Shown: piece by piece, positions 42,956-43,730 of the stretch
Position numbering within the stretch: position 1 is the stretch's first letter
Layout of the letters: the number at the start of each line of letters is the position of its first letter
Source of the DNA: an uncultured Candidatus Saccharibacteria bacterium
GTDB lineage: Bacteria > Patescibacteriota > Saccharimonadia > QS-5-54-17
DNA length: 43,730 nt
NCBI GenBank assembly: GCA_964638825.1
Contig: CAZXAD010000001.1
Span: forward strand, 1-43,730
Direction: 5' to 3'
Position numbers and translations under genes: made by a program
The notes under the pieces: generated by a model
The model's input: only the letters and a program-made list of their open reading frames with translations
Databases searched by the model: none
Told to the model about the DNA's origin: nothing

Positions 42956-43588
42956 ATGCACGTTGGATATTCACCCGAACTAGCAGAGAGTCTGACCGGT
43001 ACCCAGCAAGAAGAGTTTGAAAGAATTACCACACACTGGTTCCACGAAACTCGTAGAAGAATCGATGTCCCAGACAATATGGTCTTTACTGTCAAACCTT
43101 CTCCTGTTGAGTACGGGGCTACAGGTTTGGGTGGGTTTTGCCGAAATGCCACCAACATAGACTTAAGACTTACTGTTTCTTTATTTGGACTGGCAAAAGA
43201 AAAAGGAATACCAATAGCAGTACCTCATGAGTGCCACCACGCTGTTAGGGGGTTTCATGGGGAGACGTGGCAAGGGCCTATAATGGAGGCTGTGATTGCG
43301 GAAGGCTTGGCATCAGCCTTTGAAAGCGAAGTGTCAGGTATCCAATCACCGATGAGCCAATATCCACCAGAGGTAAATGAGTGGCTGGAAGAGATAAAGG
43401 CAGTGGGAGACGACTGGGATTATCTTGAATGGTTTAGCGGCCCAAATAAAGGTCGCTACCACCTCGGTTACAAAGTTGGTAAGTATATTGTTGATAAAGC
43501 ACTAGAAAACCGTCCAGACCAAACTGCTGGTCAATTCGTACATGAAAGCACCGAAGAGATTCTAAGTGCGGCCGACATCAGCTTATAA
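42956..43588 (+). CDS. Putative zinc metalloprotease-like protein (HExxH; DUF2268-like)
   Basis: HECHH motif (VPHECHHAVRG) followed by AEGLASAFE; the family assignment is tentative. Confidence 0.5.
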   Translation: MHVGYSPELAESLTGTQQEEFERITTHWFHETRRRIDVPDNMVFTVKPSPVEYGATGLGGFCRNATNIDLRLTVSLFGLAKEKGIPIAVPHECHHAVRGFHGETWQGPIMEAVIAEGLASAFESEVSGIQSPMSQYPPEVNEWLEEIKAVGDDWDYLEWFSGPNKGRYHLGYKVGKYIVDKALENRPDQTAGQFVHESTEEILSAADISL

Positions 43589-43730
43589 AAATTATGGAAC
43601 ATAATTGCCAATATGCAGCGTTGGAGCTGATACGTACTATGCTGGAAACATGAAAAACATGTATATACAATGGCTTTCATGGCCACCCTAAAAGAAGCAA
43701 AACAGAAACAGGATAAATTGCAAAAACAAG

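Noticed and set aside
43672-43730. Possible start of a plus-strand CDS (MAFMATLKEAKQKQDKLQKQ...) running off the right edge
   Set aside because: Only 19 codons are visible, there is no clear RBS and the product is not recognisable.
1-43730. Search for CRISPR arrays, rRNA genes, transposases, integrases, reverse transcriptases and toxin-antitoxin pairs
   Set aside because: I saw no regularly spaced direct repeats, no rRNA-like conserved blocks, and no ORF with recombinase, transposase or RT motifs. This was by-eye only; distant repeat pairs could have been missed.

Overview
This 43.7-kb window comes from a small-genome bacterium with almost every gene on the minus strand. The gene content is compact housekeeping blocks, many short acidic or membrane orphan ORFs, GH57/GlgA/GlgP glycogen genes and no biosynthetic operons. 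That looks Patescibacteria/CPR-like, possibly Saccharibacteria-like, but this is inference and not a search result. Recognisable blocks are: RimB-like protease/rimK/DUF192; GH57-glgA-glgP; hrcA-grpE-dnaK-dnaJ behind two tandem CIRCE operators; gmk; lepA; murJ; ftsH; tilS; a DUF2207 protein; PBP1A with an FN3 tail; MscS; a PyrD-like plus flavodoxin-like pair; Nudix and GNAT genes; and an ftsB/divIC-like gene. There are four tRNAs: Lys-UUU and three CAU species, one of them the initiator. The 27.9-37.0 kb stretch is accessory and consists mostly of orphan ORFs. The stand-out is 37.2-41.0 kb, a visibly GC-richer, self-contained minus-strand operon. It encodes (i) a J-domain fused to a protein-kinase-like domain that lacks the catalytic Asp, (ii) a vWA/MIDAS protein, and (iii) a divergent adenylosuccinate-synthetase-like enzyme. 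It is preceded by an NrtR-type degenerate-Nudix regulator and lies close to tRNA-fMet, which has a duplicated 3' fragment nearby. I do not recognise this gene combination as a described system and flag it as the best candidate for something new. No CRISPR array, rRNA, transposase or integrase was seen.
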